The position numbers and the translations under genes are program-made. DNA of 64,000 nt from the human T2T-CHM13v2.0 reference genome, Homo sapiens: the NCBI RefSeq assembly GCF_009914755.1, contig NC_060931.1. One strand, 5' to 3'. Shown here piece after piece: positions 15,001-28,862 of this stretch. Each line of letters opens with the position of its first letter. Positions within the stretch are counted from its first letter, which is position 1. The notes under the pieces are model-generated. The model saw nothing but the letters and a program-made list of their open reading frames with translations, was not told where the DNA came from and made no database searches.

Positions 15001-16750
15001 TGAAATCCAGCTCCGAATAAAACCTGCACTGCCTAGATGACCATGACTGCCAACTAGCTGCAGCATTAAACCGCACATGACAATTCATCCAACATTAGAG
15101 ACTGCGCACAAAAATAGACTTTATGTTTTGATAAGTTACTGTTGCTTATCAGACTTTTGACTCCTGCTGAAAGATAGCCATTTGTCCAGTGGTAAAGAAG
15201 GCCACAGGATGTAGAGCCTATAGTGACCCCACCTGCTCCTGACAGATTGACTACATTGGACTTTTGACCTCCTCTCAGGGTTATCAATGATGCCACACTC
15301 ATTGCTGTTGACATGTTATCAAGTTACATTATTGCTCTTCTCGTCCAATTGGCCAATTCCAGCCACACTACTATGGCCCTTGAAACTAATCTGTGTCACC
15401 TTTTCAGGTTTCCAGGCCATTTGCAGTCAGAAAATACAGTGTCTTTTATCACAAAAGCCAGTTAACAATGGACCAGTAGTCAAGAAATGTCATAGATATT
15501 CCACATTCCCTACCTTCCATAGACATCTGGTATTACCAAATGGGGAAACAGCCTCCTCAAAATTCAGCTCAAAAATTTCTGACTCTATCTCCCTCTTCCC
15601 CTACAAGTCCCTATACTTAATAAGGCAGTTTGGGCATGAAATAGTCATCTTTTTGAATGGATCATCTCCTCTTAGCCATTTCCTGAGTAATGATCAGGAC
15701 AAATGGAGTGAATGGTTATATAGACCTATATTAAAGATTCAGGTTCTGCACTGACAGTACTTGGGTTTGATGCCTTCTTCATTCCCTTGACAACCACCCC
15801 TTAGGGTTGGTAAATCTCTGGGTGGAAGCTGAGACAAAAAGGGGTTTGAGCACTCAAACTTAATTCTAATTGAGCTATTTTGATTATTGGAACAAAATAA
15901 ATATCATGACCACTTTTGTGAGCTACCTCGTCTTCCTGCATTGAGTCTCCCTTAGTGACCCATGCAGGCCAAGTTGGGAGATATAATAGATATAATGCCC
16001 TTGTCCTACATGTGCCTGACCCTTCTAGATAAAGATCTGGGTGAGAATCGGGGATGACTGGAGAAAAGTTGAATGTATAGCCATTGAAATGGAACATGTG
16101 GATTTTTTAGTAGTGGAGGAAGAAAAACCCTGGCACATAGGGAACACCTCAGCTCCAGGAGACTCAGGAAAGAGCAGAACAATTAATGGTCCCTTTTCCC
16201 CATAGGTCTAGCACCACAGTGTGGTTAATCAAGAGGCAACTACACTTGACAATCTGAGTCAGTGCTGTGTTTGTCCAGAGCATCCAAGTGCTATGAAAAC
16301 AGAAAAACTCATATGTATATGGTTTGTCCTCTACCACTCTGCTGTTCTTGATGCCCTAATAGCAGCTCTGGAACATGGAGCCTCATTATGTATAAACAAA
16401 CCTATGGATCTGCACAAACTTGTCTTAATTTTCCGAATGCTACAAATCCATATGTTTCTCCTGAGGCCCAATCAGCCTTGGATAACACCATGTATGATCA
16501 TCATGACTGAAGATCTTCGGTGATTCTGCCTATTTACTTACCCAAATCAATGTTATGTGATCCAAGTCAAGTTTAACAGCAAATCCTGAACTGGAATAAC
16601 CAGTGCCCCTTCATGTAATGTTTGTATACTGGGGAGATTGGCAGTGGAATGTCTCTGGGGGGTGGCTTTTTGGCCCATCTATTGCTTGCTGTAATTATTG
16701 ACAATGACAGCAAAGATCAACAAGTCAGTCTTAAGTCCCTTGCAGGGCTC
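12048..16750 (+). mobile_element. Decayed class III (ERVL-type; LTR40/MER68-like) provirus: 5' LTR 12048-12517 plus internal remnants
   Basis: LTR tg...aataaa...tttgaca; RNase H remnant WT*FPDDSA...AELKAI (about 14630-14770); integrase remnant QIDYIGLL..GYQ*C/IAVD..S...LFRFPGHLQSEN (15243-15440). Confidence 0.78.
13266..13756 (-). mobile_element. ERV1 MER4-group (MER34/MER39-like) solo LTR nested in the ERVL internal region
   Basis: TG..CA ends, minus start tgaaggaaatacaagtattt, 4-bp TSD agac/ggac. Confidence 0.72.
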
Positions 16751-17521
16751 TCCATGTGCTGAAATTTATATCATATTCTGTATCCCTTCATCTAAGGCTT
16801 TACAGTATGAGCCTTATTGTTTCCAGGTGTAACACTTGTATCTTAAAAACAAAAAACAAAAAACAAAAAATGATACAATTTCAAATCTACTGTTTTCAGA
16901 AATCTAATTTGAAAATAATAGTTGAACACTTAATCTTTTGTTCTACCACAGTATTCCCTGTCCTGAGAAATTAAGTAAACGTTTCAAGAAGTAAAGTACA
17001 TCACATCACTGATTCATTGATGGAGCACTGCAGGGCAAAATGATTTACTGAGATTTTTTAAAAGGGGTGAGTTTTCTCTCTTCTGTCAGTATTGATTAGA
17101 TTTTCAGAGGGAACCTCTCCTTCAGAACAACTAAGACAGGTTTTTGAGCGACTTCTATCTTCAAGCAACCCATTAAAAGGATTAAGGGAGATAAGAGTAG
17201 GGATCTGGGGACTGGGTAATAGGATAACACTCAGGGTATATGTGCCCAGAAGCACAACTATCCAGGCACTGGGGTCCTGGACCCTGCACCAGCAGTAAAA
17301 ATGGAAGCTTAGTATACAACATGTGCAGCATAAAAAATCAAATTCAGTAGATAAAATTCCTTTGGGAAAACTGATTAACAATATGATGACAAAGTTGCTT
17401 CTTTACCTCTTACCTTTGAGAAAGTTATTCCAAGATTGTTCAAAATCAAATGAGAGATAAATGATAAGTAAAATAAATAAAAGAGGAAGTACTTTTTAAA
17501 CATGTCAGAAACCACGAACCA

Positions 17522-17859
<338 letters not shown>

Positions 17860-17929
17860 TTAAAGATTATTGCCAGAATCGAGTTAATTCGACATGGGTA
17901 TCTAGAATATAAGGTGAAGTACTGAAGAT

Positions 17930-18530
17930 CAATATAAAAATTTTAAAACCTAATTGGAAAAATATGGATGAAAATATAAATCCATTTTTCATGGAAGAGA
18001 AAATAAGGATTGCCAAGAAGTATGTTTAGGGTGCTCAACTTCACCGGTAATGAGAAAAATGAAAGTAAAGAAACAATGAAAAATCACTCGATACACATTA
18101 TGTAGGCAATGAATACAATACTGGTTAAGCCAATGTTTATGAGGATGAAGTGTAAACTTGGGAACATTCTAGAGTGCAGTCTTGAATTAAAGTTGTGTAT
18201 ATCCCATGGTCCTGTAATATCTCTTCTAAAAAAGGTTTCACCAGAGAAATTCTTGGATAGATGCATTAAAAGGCATGTATAGACACTTTATTCAGTATGG
18301 TGTGTGTTTAATTGCAGGATCTGTTGCTGTCTATTACTAGGCATTTGTGAATACAATTTGGTGAATGCATAAGAAAGAATATTATATAGCCACAATATTA
18401 AAGCATCAATGTGGGTATACATAAAGCAATATGGATGGCTCTTAATAGAATAATTTTGAGTCTGAAAATAGCAACAGAATATGATTCATAACTATTTCAT
18501 TTATGGAAATTGAAATATACACACAAAACA
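17930..18530 (+). mobile_element. Old L1M (L1ME-like) 3' fragment
   Basis: Diverged ORF2-end/3'UTR motifs (tgctcaacttcac..gtaatgagaaaaatg; aagcaatatggatg). Confidence 0.55.
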
Positions 18531-18877
18531 TCATTGTTTATTTTTCAATTTAAGTACCTATATCAATCACATTATAATGAGCCCCTATTGCAGGAAGAAG
18601 AGAAGGCATGAGCAATGGGAGGAAATGAAATAATATAAAATAAGAAAAAGGCCCAGTACAGACGAATGATAATTACTTTTTATGAACCAATGAGTTGTGA
18701 ACTAAATTCATCTCTACTTGAGACCCAAATATGGGTGGCGGTAGGTCCCCATTAAAAGCCTCTCCAAAATTCTTAAATTTCTAAGAGATATGTTAACAGA
18801 AACATTCAGTGAGTTAATTCAAATGATTGACTAATTTGGGGACTTTGAGATACTAAAGTGAAGCGAAGGAGGAAGTC

Positions 18878-19187
18878 TTTTTTTTTTTTTTTTTTTTTTT
18901 TTTGAGACAGCCTTGCTCTGTCACCCAGGCTGGAGTACAATGGTGCCATCTTGGCTCACTGCAACTTCCGCCTCCCAGGTTCGAGCAATTCTCCTGCCTC
19001 AGTTTCTTGAGTAGCTGGGATCACAGGCATCCGCCACTACGCCCGGCTAATTTTTGTATTTTTAGTAGAGACAGGGTTTCACCATGTTGTCCAGGCTGGT
19101 CTCGAACTCCTGACCTCAGGTCATCCACCTGCTTCTGCCTCCCAAAGTGCTGGGATTACAGGCTTGAGCCACCACACCCACCTGGCC
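18878..19187 (-). mobile_element. AluS
   Basis: Full dimer, long poly(T), TSD aggaggaaRt. Confidence 0.96.
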
Positions 19188-19961
19188 AGGAGGAAATTTT
19201 TAGTGTTTTCAAGCATATAACTCTCCCAAAGCTGACAAAAGCAATGCTCATTAAGTGGCAAGTTCTGTTACAGTGAGCTCTGGAATATTTTAAAAGATGC
19301 CTTAGAGGCTCAGTGAATGAAGCTTTGGTCTCCTCTTTCAAGAAAGCAATTTTGTATATATTTGCTTTAGTAAGATTTAATTTGGCACAATAATCTATCA
19401 TAAAAAATTATTTCCATTTTATATTTCATTACAAACCTTGAACCATAACTGAATTTAATACTCTGACTTTGGATTACATATAATGCTTTTGTAATATATG
19501 AATGTTACCTTTATAATGTCTTCCTATTTTATTTCATCAAGAAAATAATGGCAGATGTAAGCAGTTATTCTTTGGTTTGTGCTAAAAATGGAACACAACT
19601 TAGTACTACTTATTATTTTAAAGTGCAAAGAATTATGTAAGGAAGTTATATTTGAATATTATAATAATTTTGTTTTAATGTTTTAGGATTTCATGCAGAA
19701 ATATGAATCATCTGATCTGATTAAAAACATAGTTAAATTATTACATTTTAAAATCACTTTTAGATTTTTAATATAGCAAATAACAAATTTAAATACTAAT
19801 TCAAATTTATTGCATTATTTTCTCTTAGTACATGTACTATAACTCTTATTATGTCTTTCATTTCTCTGATGATAATACGGATTTTGGAAAAGTTGTTTCA
19901 ATAGAAATATAGTGAAAGATATATAAAAACTCTAAAAATTAAATTATTAAATTTAAGATAT

Positions 19962-20146
19962 AGATGGTGGGGATGATCAATTTTATCAGGTATTGAGAAT
20001 GGGAAGTATTCATTAAACTAGCCCAGCAAAATTCTTGCTAAAACTGGATTAAGTGTGCCAAGGACTGAGCCCAAGGTTGAAACCTAGTTGAGAAGAGGGC
20101 TCAGAGGAACCTGACTCGAATTTGGTCAAGGAGAGGATCTTTGTCA
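19962..20146 (-). mobile_element. MER31-type ERV1 LTR 5' fragment
   Basis: Minus start tgacaaagatcctctccttgaccaaa...gagccctcttctcaactagg. Confidence 0.75.
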
Positions 20147-20180
20147 GTGATAAGGGATTAGAAACTGATTTGTTTTACGG

Positions 20181-20232
20181 TGTTCAGGTAAAATGGAACA
20201 GTGACTTGTTCAGGTAAAATGGAACAGTGACT
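20181..20232. repeat. Perfect 26-bp tandem duplication
   Basis: tgttcaggtaaaatggaacagtgact x2. Confidence 0.95.
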
Positions 20233-20259
20233 CGTTCATACAAAGAATGTTTTCTGCTC

Positions 20260-20565
20260 AGAAAACAGAAACTTAATGCTACAGTCTTCGCAAGACAGTC
20301 TTGGTGCCAGCACGGTCAAGGGTGAGGACCCTTTTCTGGGTTGCAGACTACGAGCTTCTTTTTGTTCCTCATGTGATAGAGAGCAGAGCACATCAAGCTC
20401 TTTCCTGACTCTAATGTGGGCATAATACCATTTCTGAGGTGTCTGCCCTCAAGATCTCATCTAATACTAATGTTCATCCAAAGGCCCTACCTCCTAATAT
20501 CATCACATTGGGAGGAGAGTTTCAACTATGAATTGTGGGGAGACACAAATATTCAGTCCATCACA
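20260..20565 (-). mobile_element. MLT1A-like MaLR LTR
   Basis: ccaaaggccctacctcctaatatcatcacattggg...tttcaactatgaatt..ggagacacaaatattcagtccat. Confidence 0.8.
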
Positions 20566-20734
20566 GAAAATATACTCTAGCTCCTAAAACAGAGGTCCTG
20601 CTGCTTTGGATAAAATATTCTTCACATATTAATTCCTTATTTCTGATTCTGACAAATCACTTCTATGTTCATCTATCAAAAAGAAAATTCCCATTGAGGT
20701 ATTTTTTTTAGTTAAAAAAATGTAGGTATAAAAC

Positions 20735-20929
20735 ATTAGATTGAACCCTATGAAGTTTCCAGTAATTGACACATTTTGGCCTACATATAACAAGAAATTT
20801 TAACCAACATGGCACATGTATACATATGTAACAAACCTGCACGTTGTACACATGTACCCTAAAACTTAAAGTATAATAATAATAAAATTTAAAAAAATAA
20901 CAAGAAATTGTATAGGTTTCAATTTAATA
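20735..20929. mobile_element. MADE2 mariner MITE interrupted by an L1 tail
   Basis: Degenerate TIRs attagattgaaccctatgaa...tataggtttcaatttaata; MITE-sized once the L1 and one TSD are removed. Confidence 0.65.
20800..20896 (+). mobile_element. 97-bp L1PA 3' tail insertion
   Basis: accaacatggcacatgtatacatatgtaacaaacctgcacgttg...; TSD ataacaagaaatt (20787-20799, 20897-20909). Confidence 0.93.
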
Positions 20930-21472
20930 CCACATGTCCATTTTATAAAGCTGGGAAAATAAGGACATGTGGACAAAAATATTTTTCAGTAATTTTATCT
21001 TTTAGTTATAATCACTAAAAATGTTTAAGTATATCTCTTCAGACTCTTTTTCTTTTTATAGAGTTGAGATTATGTTTTATGTTACTTATGTTTTAAACTA
21101 CTTTTTCTAGTTCATAAATATCTTAATATCTTTTTAAAAGTGTCCCTGAATGTTTCTAGATAGTGAGAAAATATTCCACTGATAGATGTAATGTTGGAGG
21201 TTTTGGTTGTTTCCAATATTTTTGCCATTGTCAATGATGCTTCTATAAATCGTTTATATATATAACTGCTTAATAGTTATCCATATTCTTGATCAAATTA
21301 CTTTTTATATGGTGTCAATTTAAGCTCTCAGTAACAAGATTTTAGAAAATTCAACTTATTATACTTACATCACATGAAATGCTACTTGTAACTTGGTAAA
21401 ATCTTAAGTGATATTAGAACCAAATTGATGCTTGAATATGCATTGTCATAATTTCTAATGAAAATAAACTTC

Positions 21473-21789
<317 letters not shown>

Positions 21790-22257
21790 TCAAACAATGT
21801 GCTTACATTTACTGAAATCTTTGCACATTTCTGTTTTCCGTTATGATTTTTAAATATCCAAATGGTAAAACAGGACATTTTTATCAGTTTCCATATTCTG
21901 TGTTTTAAAATTATATTTGTTATAATAAAATAGTAATTCATATCATCCAAGTCCAAATTTATTTATTTTACTGTTAACAACAATACAATAAATATTTATA
22001 GAAGCCCAGTATAGTCTGGGAGAAAACAGTTTTGGGTTTTCCTAAATGCTGTCTTCTCTGACGCTGTCATTTGAATCCGCTTATAATCAGCAACCATTCC
22101 TTGAGTATCTGCTATGTGAAAAGCACATCTTCTGACTGCAGCTCCATGAGATAAATGTAGGGCAAATGGACAACAAAATTTCAATTGCAATTCCAATTTC
22201 GAAGTGAGTATCACAAAATAAGCATACCTCTAACTACCTATTAAAAAGTAATTCAGA

Positions 22258-22564
22258 GGCCGAGTGCAGTGGCTCCTGCTTGTAATCCCAGCACTTTGGG
22301 AGGCTGAGGTGGGTGGATCACTTGAGTCCAGGAGTTAGAGACCAGCCTGGGCAACATGGTGAAACCCTGTCTCTACAAAAATACAAAAACTAGCTGGGCG
22401 TGGTGGCAGGCACCTGTAATCCCAGCTACTCAGGAGGCTGAGGCAGGATAATCACTTCAGCTGGGGAGGCAGAGGTTGCAGTGAGCTGACGTCATGCCAC
22501 TGCACTACATCCTGGGCAACAGTGTGAGAGTCCATCTCAAAAAACAAAACAAAACAAAACAAAA
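22258..22564 (+). mobile_element. Alu (J/Sz-like) with (CAAAA)n tail
   Basis: Full dimer preceded by a TT|AAAAAG target site. Confidence 0.95.
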
Positions 22565-22567
22565 TGT

Positions 22568-25500
22568 AGGGTTCACTTCCAAGATGGCTGAAAGGTACAG
22601 CTTCAATCTACAGCTCCCAGCGAGATGGACAAAGAAGACAGGTGATTTCTGCATTTCCAACTAAGGTACCTGGTTCATCTCACTGGGATTGGTTGGACAG
22701 TGGGTGCAGCCCACAGAGGGTGAGCCAAAGCAGGGTGGGGTGTCGCCTCACCCCGGAAGAGCAAGAGGTCAGGGCATTTCCTTTTCCTAGCCAAAGGAAG
22801 CCGTGAGTGACTGTACCTGGAGGAACAGTACACTCCTGCGCAAATACTGTGCTACTCCCACAGCTTCGCAACCAGCAGACCAGGAAATTCCCTTGCTTGG
22901 CTCCGCAGGTCCCATGCCCACAGAGCCTTGCTCGCTGCTAGTGCAGCAGCCTGAGATAGACCTGGGAAGCTGAAGCCTGGCAGGGGGAGGGGCTTTTTCC
23001 ATTGCTGAGGCTTGAGTAGGCAGTTCTATGCTCACAGTGTAAACAAAGTGGCAGGGAAGCTTGAACTGGGTGGAGCCCAGCGCAGCTCAGCAAGACCTAC
23101 TGCCTCTCTAGAGTCCACCTATGGGGGCAGGGCATATCTGAACAAAAGGCAGCAGACAGCTTCTGTAGACTTAATCGTCCCTGCCTGACAGCTCTGAAGA
23201 CAGTAGTGGTTCTCCCAGCACAGCGTTCGAGCTCCAATAATGGACAGACTGCCTCCTCAAGTGGGTCCCTGACCCCCGTGTAGCCTGACTGGGAGACACC
23301 TCCCAGTAGCTTCCAGAAAGAAGGAAGCTTCCAGAGGAAGATCAGGCAGCAATATTTGCTGTTCTGCAGCCTCCGCTGGTGATACCCAGGCAAACAGGGT
23401 CTGTAGTGGACCTCCAGCAAACTCCAACAGATCTCCAGCTGAGGGTCTGGTCTGTTAGAAGGAAAACTAACAAACAGAAAGGAATAGCATCAACATCAAC
23501 AAAAAGGACATCCACACCAAAACCCCGTCTGTAGGTCACCATCATCAAAGACCAAAGGTAGATAAAAACCACAAAGATGGGGAGAAACCAGCACAGAAAA
23601 GGTGAAAATTCCAAAAACCAGAACACCTCTTCTCCTCCAAAGGAGCACAACTCCTCGCCAGCAAGGGAACAAAACTGGATGGAGAATGAGTTTGACGAAG
23701 TGACAGAAGTAGGCTTCGGAAGGTGGATAATAACAAACTTCTCTGAGCTAAAGGAGCATGTTCTAACCCAAAGCAAGGAAGCTAAGAACCTTGAAAAAAG
23801 GTTAGATGAATCGCTAACTAGAATAAACATTTTAGAGAAATGCGTAAATGACCTGATGGAGCTGAAAACCACAATACGAGAACTTCGTGAAGCACACACA
23901 AGCTTCAGTAGCCGATTCAATCACGTGGAAGAAAGGATATCAGTGATTGAAGATCAAATTAATGAAATAAAGTGAGAAGACAAGGGTAGAGAAAAAAAGA
24001 GTGAAAAGAAATGAACAAAGGCTCAAAGAAATATGAGACTATGTGAAAAGACCAAATCTATGTCTGATTGGTGTACCTGAAAGTGATAGGGAGAATGGAA
24101 CCAAGTTAGAAAACGCTTTTCAGGATATTATCCAGGAGAACTTCCCCAACTTAGCAAGGCAGGCCAACATTCAAATTCAGGAAATACAGAGAACCCCACA
24201 AAGATATTCCTCAAGAAGAGCAACCCTAAGACACATAATCTTCAGATTCACCAAGGTTGAAATGAAGGAAAAAATGTTAAGGGCAGCCAGAGAGAAAGGT
24301 TGAGTTACCAACAAAGGGAAGCCCATCAGACTAACAGCAGATCTCTCAGCAGAAACCCTGCAAGCCAGAAGAGAGTGGGGCCAATATTCAACAATCTTAA
24401 AGAAAAGAGTTTTCAACCCAGAATTTCATATCCAGCCAAACTAAGCTTCATAAGAGAAGGAGAAATAAAATCCTTTACAGACAAGCAAATGCTGAGAGAT
24501 TTTGTCCCCACCAGGCCTGCCTTATAAGATCTCCTGAAGGAAGCACTAAACATGGAAAGGAACAACCAGTACCAGCCACTGCAAAAACATGCCAAATTGT
24601 GAAGACCATCAAGGCTAGGAATAAACTGCATCAATTAATGGGCAAAATAACCAACTAACATCATAATGATAGGATCAAATTCACACATAACAATATTAAC
24701 TTTAAATGTAAATGGGCTAAATGCCCCAATTAAGACACAGACTGGCAAATTGGATAAAGAGTCAAGACCCATCAGTGTGCTGTATTCAGGAGACTCATCT
24801 CACGTGCGGACACACTTATGCTCAAAATGAAGGGATGGAGGAAGATCTACTAAGCAAATGGAAAGCAAAAAAAAAAGCAGGGATTGCAATCCTAGTCTCT
24901 GATAAAACAGACTTTAAACTAACAAAGATCAAGAGACAAAGAAAGCCATTAGATAATGGTAAAGGGATTAATTTAACAAGAAGAGCTAACTGTCCTAAAT
25001 ATATATATGCATCCAGTACAGGAGCACCCAGATTCATAAAGCAAGTTCTTAGAGACCTGCAAAGAGACTTAGACTCCCACACAATAATAACGGGAGACTT
25101 TAACACCCCATTGTCAATATTAGACAGATCAACAGGACAGAAAATTAACAAGGATATACAAGACTTGAACTCAGCTCTGGACCAAGCAAACCTAACAGAC
25201 ATCTACAGAATTCTCCACCCCACATCAACAGAATATACATTCTTTTCAGCACCACATCACACTTATTCTAAAATTGACCACATAATTAGAAGTAAAGCAA
25301 ATGTAAAAGAACAGAAGGCCCAACAAACTGTACAATCAAATTAGAACTCAGGATTAAGAAACTCACTCAAAACGGCACAACTACATGGAAACTGAACAAC
25401 CTGCTCCTGAATGACTACTGGGTAAATAACAAAATGAAGGCAGAAATAAAGATATTATTTGAAACCAATGAGAACAAAGACACAACGTACCAGAATGTCT

Positions 25501-25697
25501 GGGACACATGTAAAGCAGTGTGTAGAGAGAAATTTATAGCACTAAATTCCTGTAAGAGAAAGCAGGAAAGATCTAAAATCGACACCCTAATATCACAATT
25601 AAAAGAACTAGAGAAGAAAGAGCAAACAAATGCAAAAGCTAGCAGAAGACAAGAAATAAGATCAGAGCAGAACTGAAGGAGATATGAGGCACACACA
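22568..25697 (+). mobile_element. 3'-truncated L1PA7/8-like element: 5'UTR, disrupted ORF1 (from 23577), ORF2 endonuclease region (from 24666)
   Basis: caagatggc 5' end; ORF1 MGRNQHRKGENSKNQ...; EN peptides CCIQETHL, GDFNTPLS, YSKIDH; ends in ORF2 at ...cacaaaaaa. Confidence 0.96.
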
Positions 25698-25728
25698 AAA
25701 AAGTAATTCACAAACTCACAATTTCTTT

Positions 25729-25747
25729 TTTCTTTTCTTTTTCTTTT

Positions 25748-25781
<34 letters not shown>

Positions 25782-26030
25782 AGACAGAGTCTCGCTCTGT
25801 TACCCAGGCTGGAGTGCAGTGGCACAATCTTGGCTCACTGCAAGCTCCGCCTCCCGGGTTCACGCCATTCTCCTTTCCCCTGCCTCAGCCTCCAGAGTGG
25901 CTGAGACTACAGGCGCCTGCCACCAAGCCCGGCTAATGTTTTGTATTTTTAGTAGAGACAGGGTTTCACCGTGTTAGCCAGGATGGTCTCAATCTCCTGA
26001 CCTCGTGATCCGCCTGCCTCGGCCTCCCAA
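25729..26030 (-). mobile_element. AluY, 5'-truncated
   Basis: Y diagnostics (gcaagctccgcctcccgggttcacgccattc, ttagccaggatgg); TSD cacaatttcttt. Confidence 0.95.
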
Positions 26031-26890
26031 CACAATTTCTTTAGCACCAGTCTTTAGAAATGACTGTGGGAATAGTTCAATTTATTGAGAAATACCTTTC
26101 TCCTCTTGCTTTATTTGGTGTTGTAACTCCTTCTTCTACCTTAGTTATTTCTATGCAGAGGTAATTTTCTAGTTGTAGAGTTAGTCACTGATGGACGCCA
26201 CCTGATTATAGCAAGAGAAGGACTAGAATCATCATGTTCACTAGCACTAGGTTCTTGTGTCAGAGCACAGGACCAGGTTTCTGGAGGCTTCTATTCTGCC
26301 AGCAGAGCACAACATTTTTCAGTCACCAATGTGAGGTACAAAGAATGGGGATGATCAATGCCTTAATTCAAAGGTGTGATACATGTTTGACAATGAACAA
26401 TTTATAGGTTGAAAAAAAAAAGATGTGGCAAGAAGTTCCATGTAATGAAACTTGAAAGCTTTTTAACATTCTGCTTTATAAAAACAGAAACATGAATCGT
26501 ATAAAAACTGAACTAGTTTTAGATATTTCTTAATATAACATTTTCAAGATAATTTATGTAGAGCATCAGTCTAAGTGTATATTTACATTAACATGTAATA
26601 GAAAAAAGGGGATCAGGTCTGATCATCTTGTAAAGAGTTATGTTGGTGGTTGGAAGCGTGGAATTCAGACAAATAGATTATATTATGATTTGATGACAAA
26701 TTATTACTTTTCTCATGACATTGTATGCATAAAAATATGCATTGTAAGAAATCTATGAAAAACTATGGGACTTCAATTCAATAGAATTTCTCCCTTAGGG
26801 TGGCATATATAAAGATTCATAAGAATAAGCAGAAGTATAGTACGCTAAGAAATGGAAATGTTATGAATTTGTAAGTGAAGTTTCTTTTAG

Positions 26891-26905
26891 TGCCACTAGA
26901 TGGCA
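26891..26905 (+). promoter_or_regulatory. Candidate CTCF motif
   Basis: tgCCACTAGATGGCA fits the CTCF core. Confidence 0.45.
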
Positions 26906-27099
26906 TATGTTAGCTGTAAATCTCCCTTGAATAAAGTTTAAGATTTAACGTGACTTGTTTCCCCAGAGTATCCAACACATTTTATTTTAAATATTAATGG
27001 ATTTTTATATGTTTTCTCAAATATATGACACTCAATACAATTAATAAATAATTGGAAAAATATCACATGATTATTTTTATATCAAGTTAAAACAAGAAG

Positions 27100-27373
27100 A
27101 ATTATGTCATCTGCAAACAATTTTGTTGTCTTCCTTTCTAATTTGAATGTATTTTAGTTCTTTTTCTTGCCTAATGGTTCTAGCTAGGATCTCCAGTACT
27201 ATGCTGAATAGAAGTGGTGTTAAGAAGCATTTTTGTTTTGTTTCTGGTGGTAGAGGAAAAGCTTTCAATTTTTAACCATTTAGTATGATGTTAGCTGTTG
27301 GTTTGTCACATATAGCCTTTATTATGTTGAGGCAACTTCCTTCTATACCTAGTCTGTTAAGAGTTTTTATCAT
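27100..27373 (-). mobile_element. L1M ORF2 fragment
   Basis: atgtcatctgcaaac...ctccagtactatgctgaatagaagtggtg...agtatgatgttagctgt. Confidence 0.85.
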
Positions 27374-27376
27374 TGT

Positions 27377-28862
27377 CAGGATGGCTGCAATATGGCGGAG
27401 TAAAAAGTCTCAGGCTACACACACTCCCCCCACCCCTTGTAAGCTTATCTAGCAATTATCCATAGACCAGAACATCTTCTTCAAAAGCCCAATATTGGAA
27501 ACGAGCCTGAGACAATGTGGTACACATACCTAAGTGAAAATTGAGTGAGAAGGGTCAGAAGAATGGTCTCCCCCCCCGCCACCACGAAGTTGGCACAACA
27601 CTGGTTGAAGAGCATTACCCTGGACCCATAGTTTCTGCAGTGGGGAAAGAGAACTGGAGGCAGTCATTCAGCTTCCCTAGCATTTTGAGATGCTTTCTTT
27701 CCAGGAATCCCGCCTGTCTCACCTCATAGGGAAAGAAAAGGGTAAAGGCATGGCTAGACCACCTGGGGTCAAGTAGAAACAAAGAAAGAAGGCAGAGGCC
27801 ACAGTGACTAGCATATGGATCTGTGTGGCACCTCTGTGTTCACACCAGCTGCGGTGCCCAATCAGAGTTACCAGCCAACTTCATAGCCCACCCAGAAAGC
27901 TGAACTGATCTTTTTCAGAAGCACAGTGGGAAGTTCAGCCTTGCTTGAGTCCCTAGATGGCTAGCCTCCATGGCCAGGCACACAGCCTACTCTAACAACC
28001 CTGCCCAGGTAGGGAGATGCCCCCCTCTGCGCATTTTGAGAATCACACAGGCTAGATATCTTGGGTCAAGCAGTGGCTCCACTCATCCAAAAAGCTTGCC
28101 TTATAATCCTGCTGAGGCAGGGAGACAGCCACATGCATACATTTCTAAGAGGCACAAGGGCTAGACCTGTAAAACCTAGGAGTCCAAAGAGTAAGTAACT
28201 TAGCTCAGCCAAAAAGCCTGCCCAACAACCTCCCGTGTGCATTTTGCAGGAGTGTAGGAACTAAACCTGCTTGACGCAGGAAGTCAAGTAGCATCTTGAC
28301 TCAGGCAAAAGTCCACCCTACAGCTCTGACCTAATGGAGGCAACCCTTAATCACACATTTTTAAGGAGCATAGGCTCTTGTCTTGCCCATCACAAGCAGC
28401 AACTTTCAAAGCCCAGCCTGAAGCCCTGCCCAAGTGCAGATTCCAAATAGTAAAATTGCCCAGCCAAGGAATACATCTTCTGACTACCCTGACCAGAGAG
28501 CATCACAGTACCAAGCCGGCAACTCTTCCTAATAGCGGAGCCCAACCAGTAGCTTCCTCTAATAGCAGAGCCCAACCATTGGTCTCTGCCTAACCAGTGG
28601 TCTCTCTGGACAGCAGAGCCCAGCCATCAGAGCAAAGGCAGTGGCCCAGCCAACTAGAGAAACCACAGCAAGTTCTGCCTGGAGTTGTCAGCCCTTTCAG
28701 AATCACAGGCTAGACTATTAGTGAAGGTCTGTTCCTACAATGAACACCTGTAAAGGCCAAACGAATGGACCATTTCTTCAAATGCACAGCAAATGCAAGG
28801 ACACAAGTATTATAAAGAATCAAGGAATCATGACACCTCTACAGAAACTAATAAAACTGCAA
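27377..28862 (+). mobile_element. Old L1M 5'UTR/ORF1 start
   Basis: caatatggcggag start, cagagccca subrepeats, ORF1-like aatcaaggaatcatgacacc. Confidence 0.6.

Noticed and set aside
20181-20238. Direct repeats as a CRISPR-like array
   Set aside because: Only two adjacent copies, no spacers, eukaryotic context.
23577-25676. L1 ORF1/ORF2 ORFs as functional genes
   Set aside because: Broken by stops and frameshifts, and the RT half is missing.
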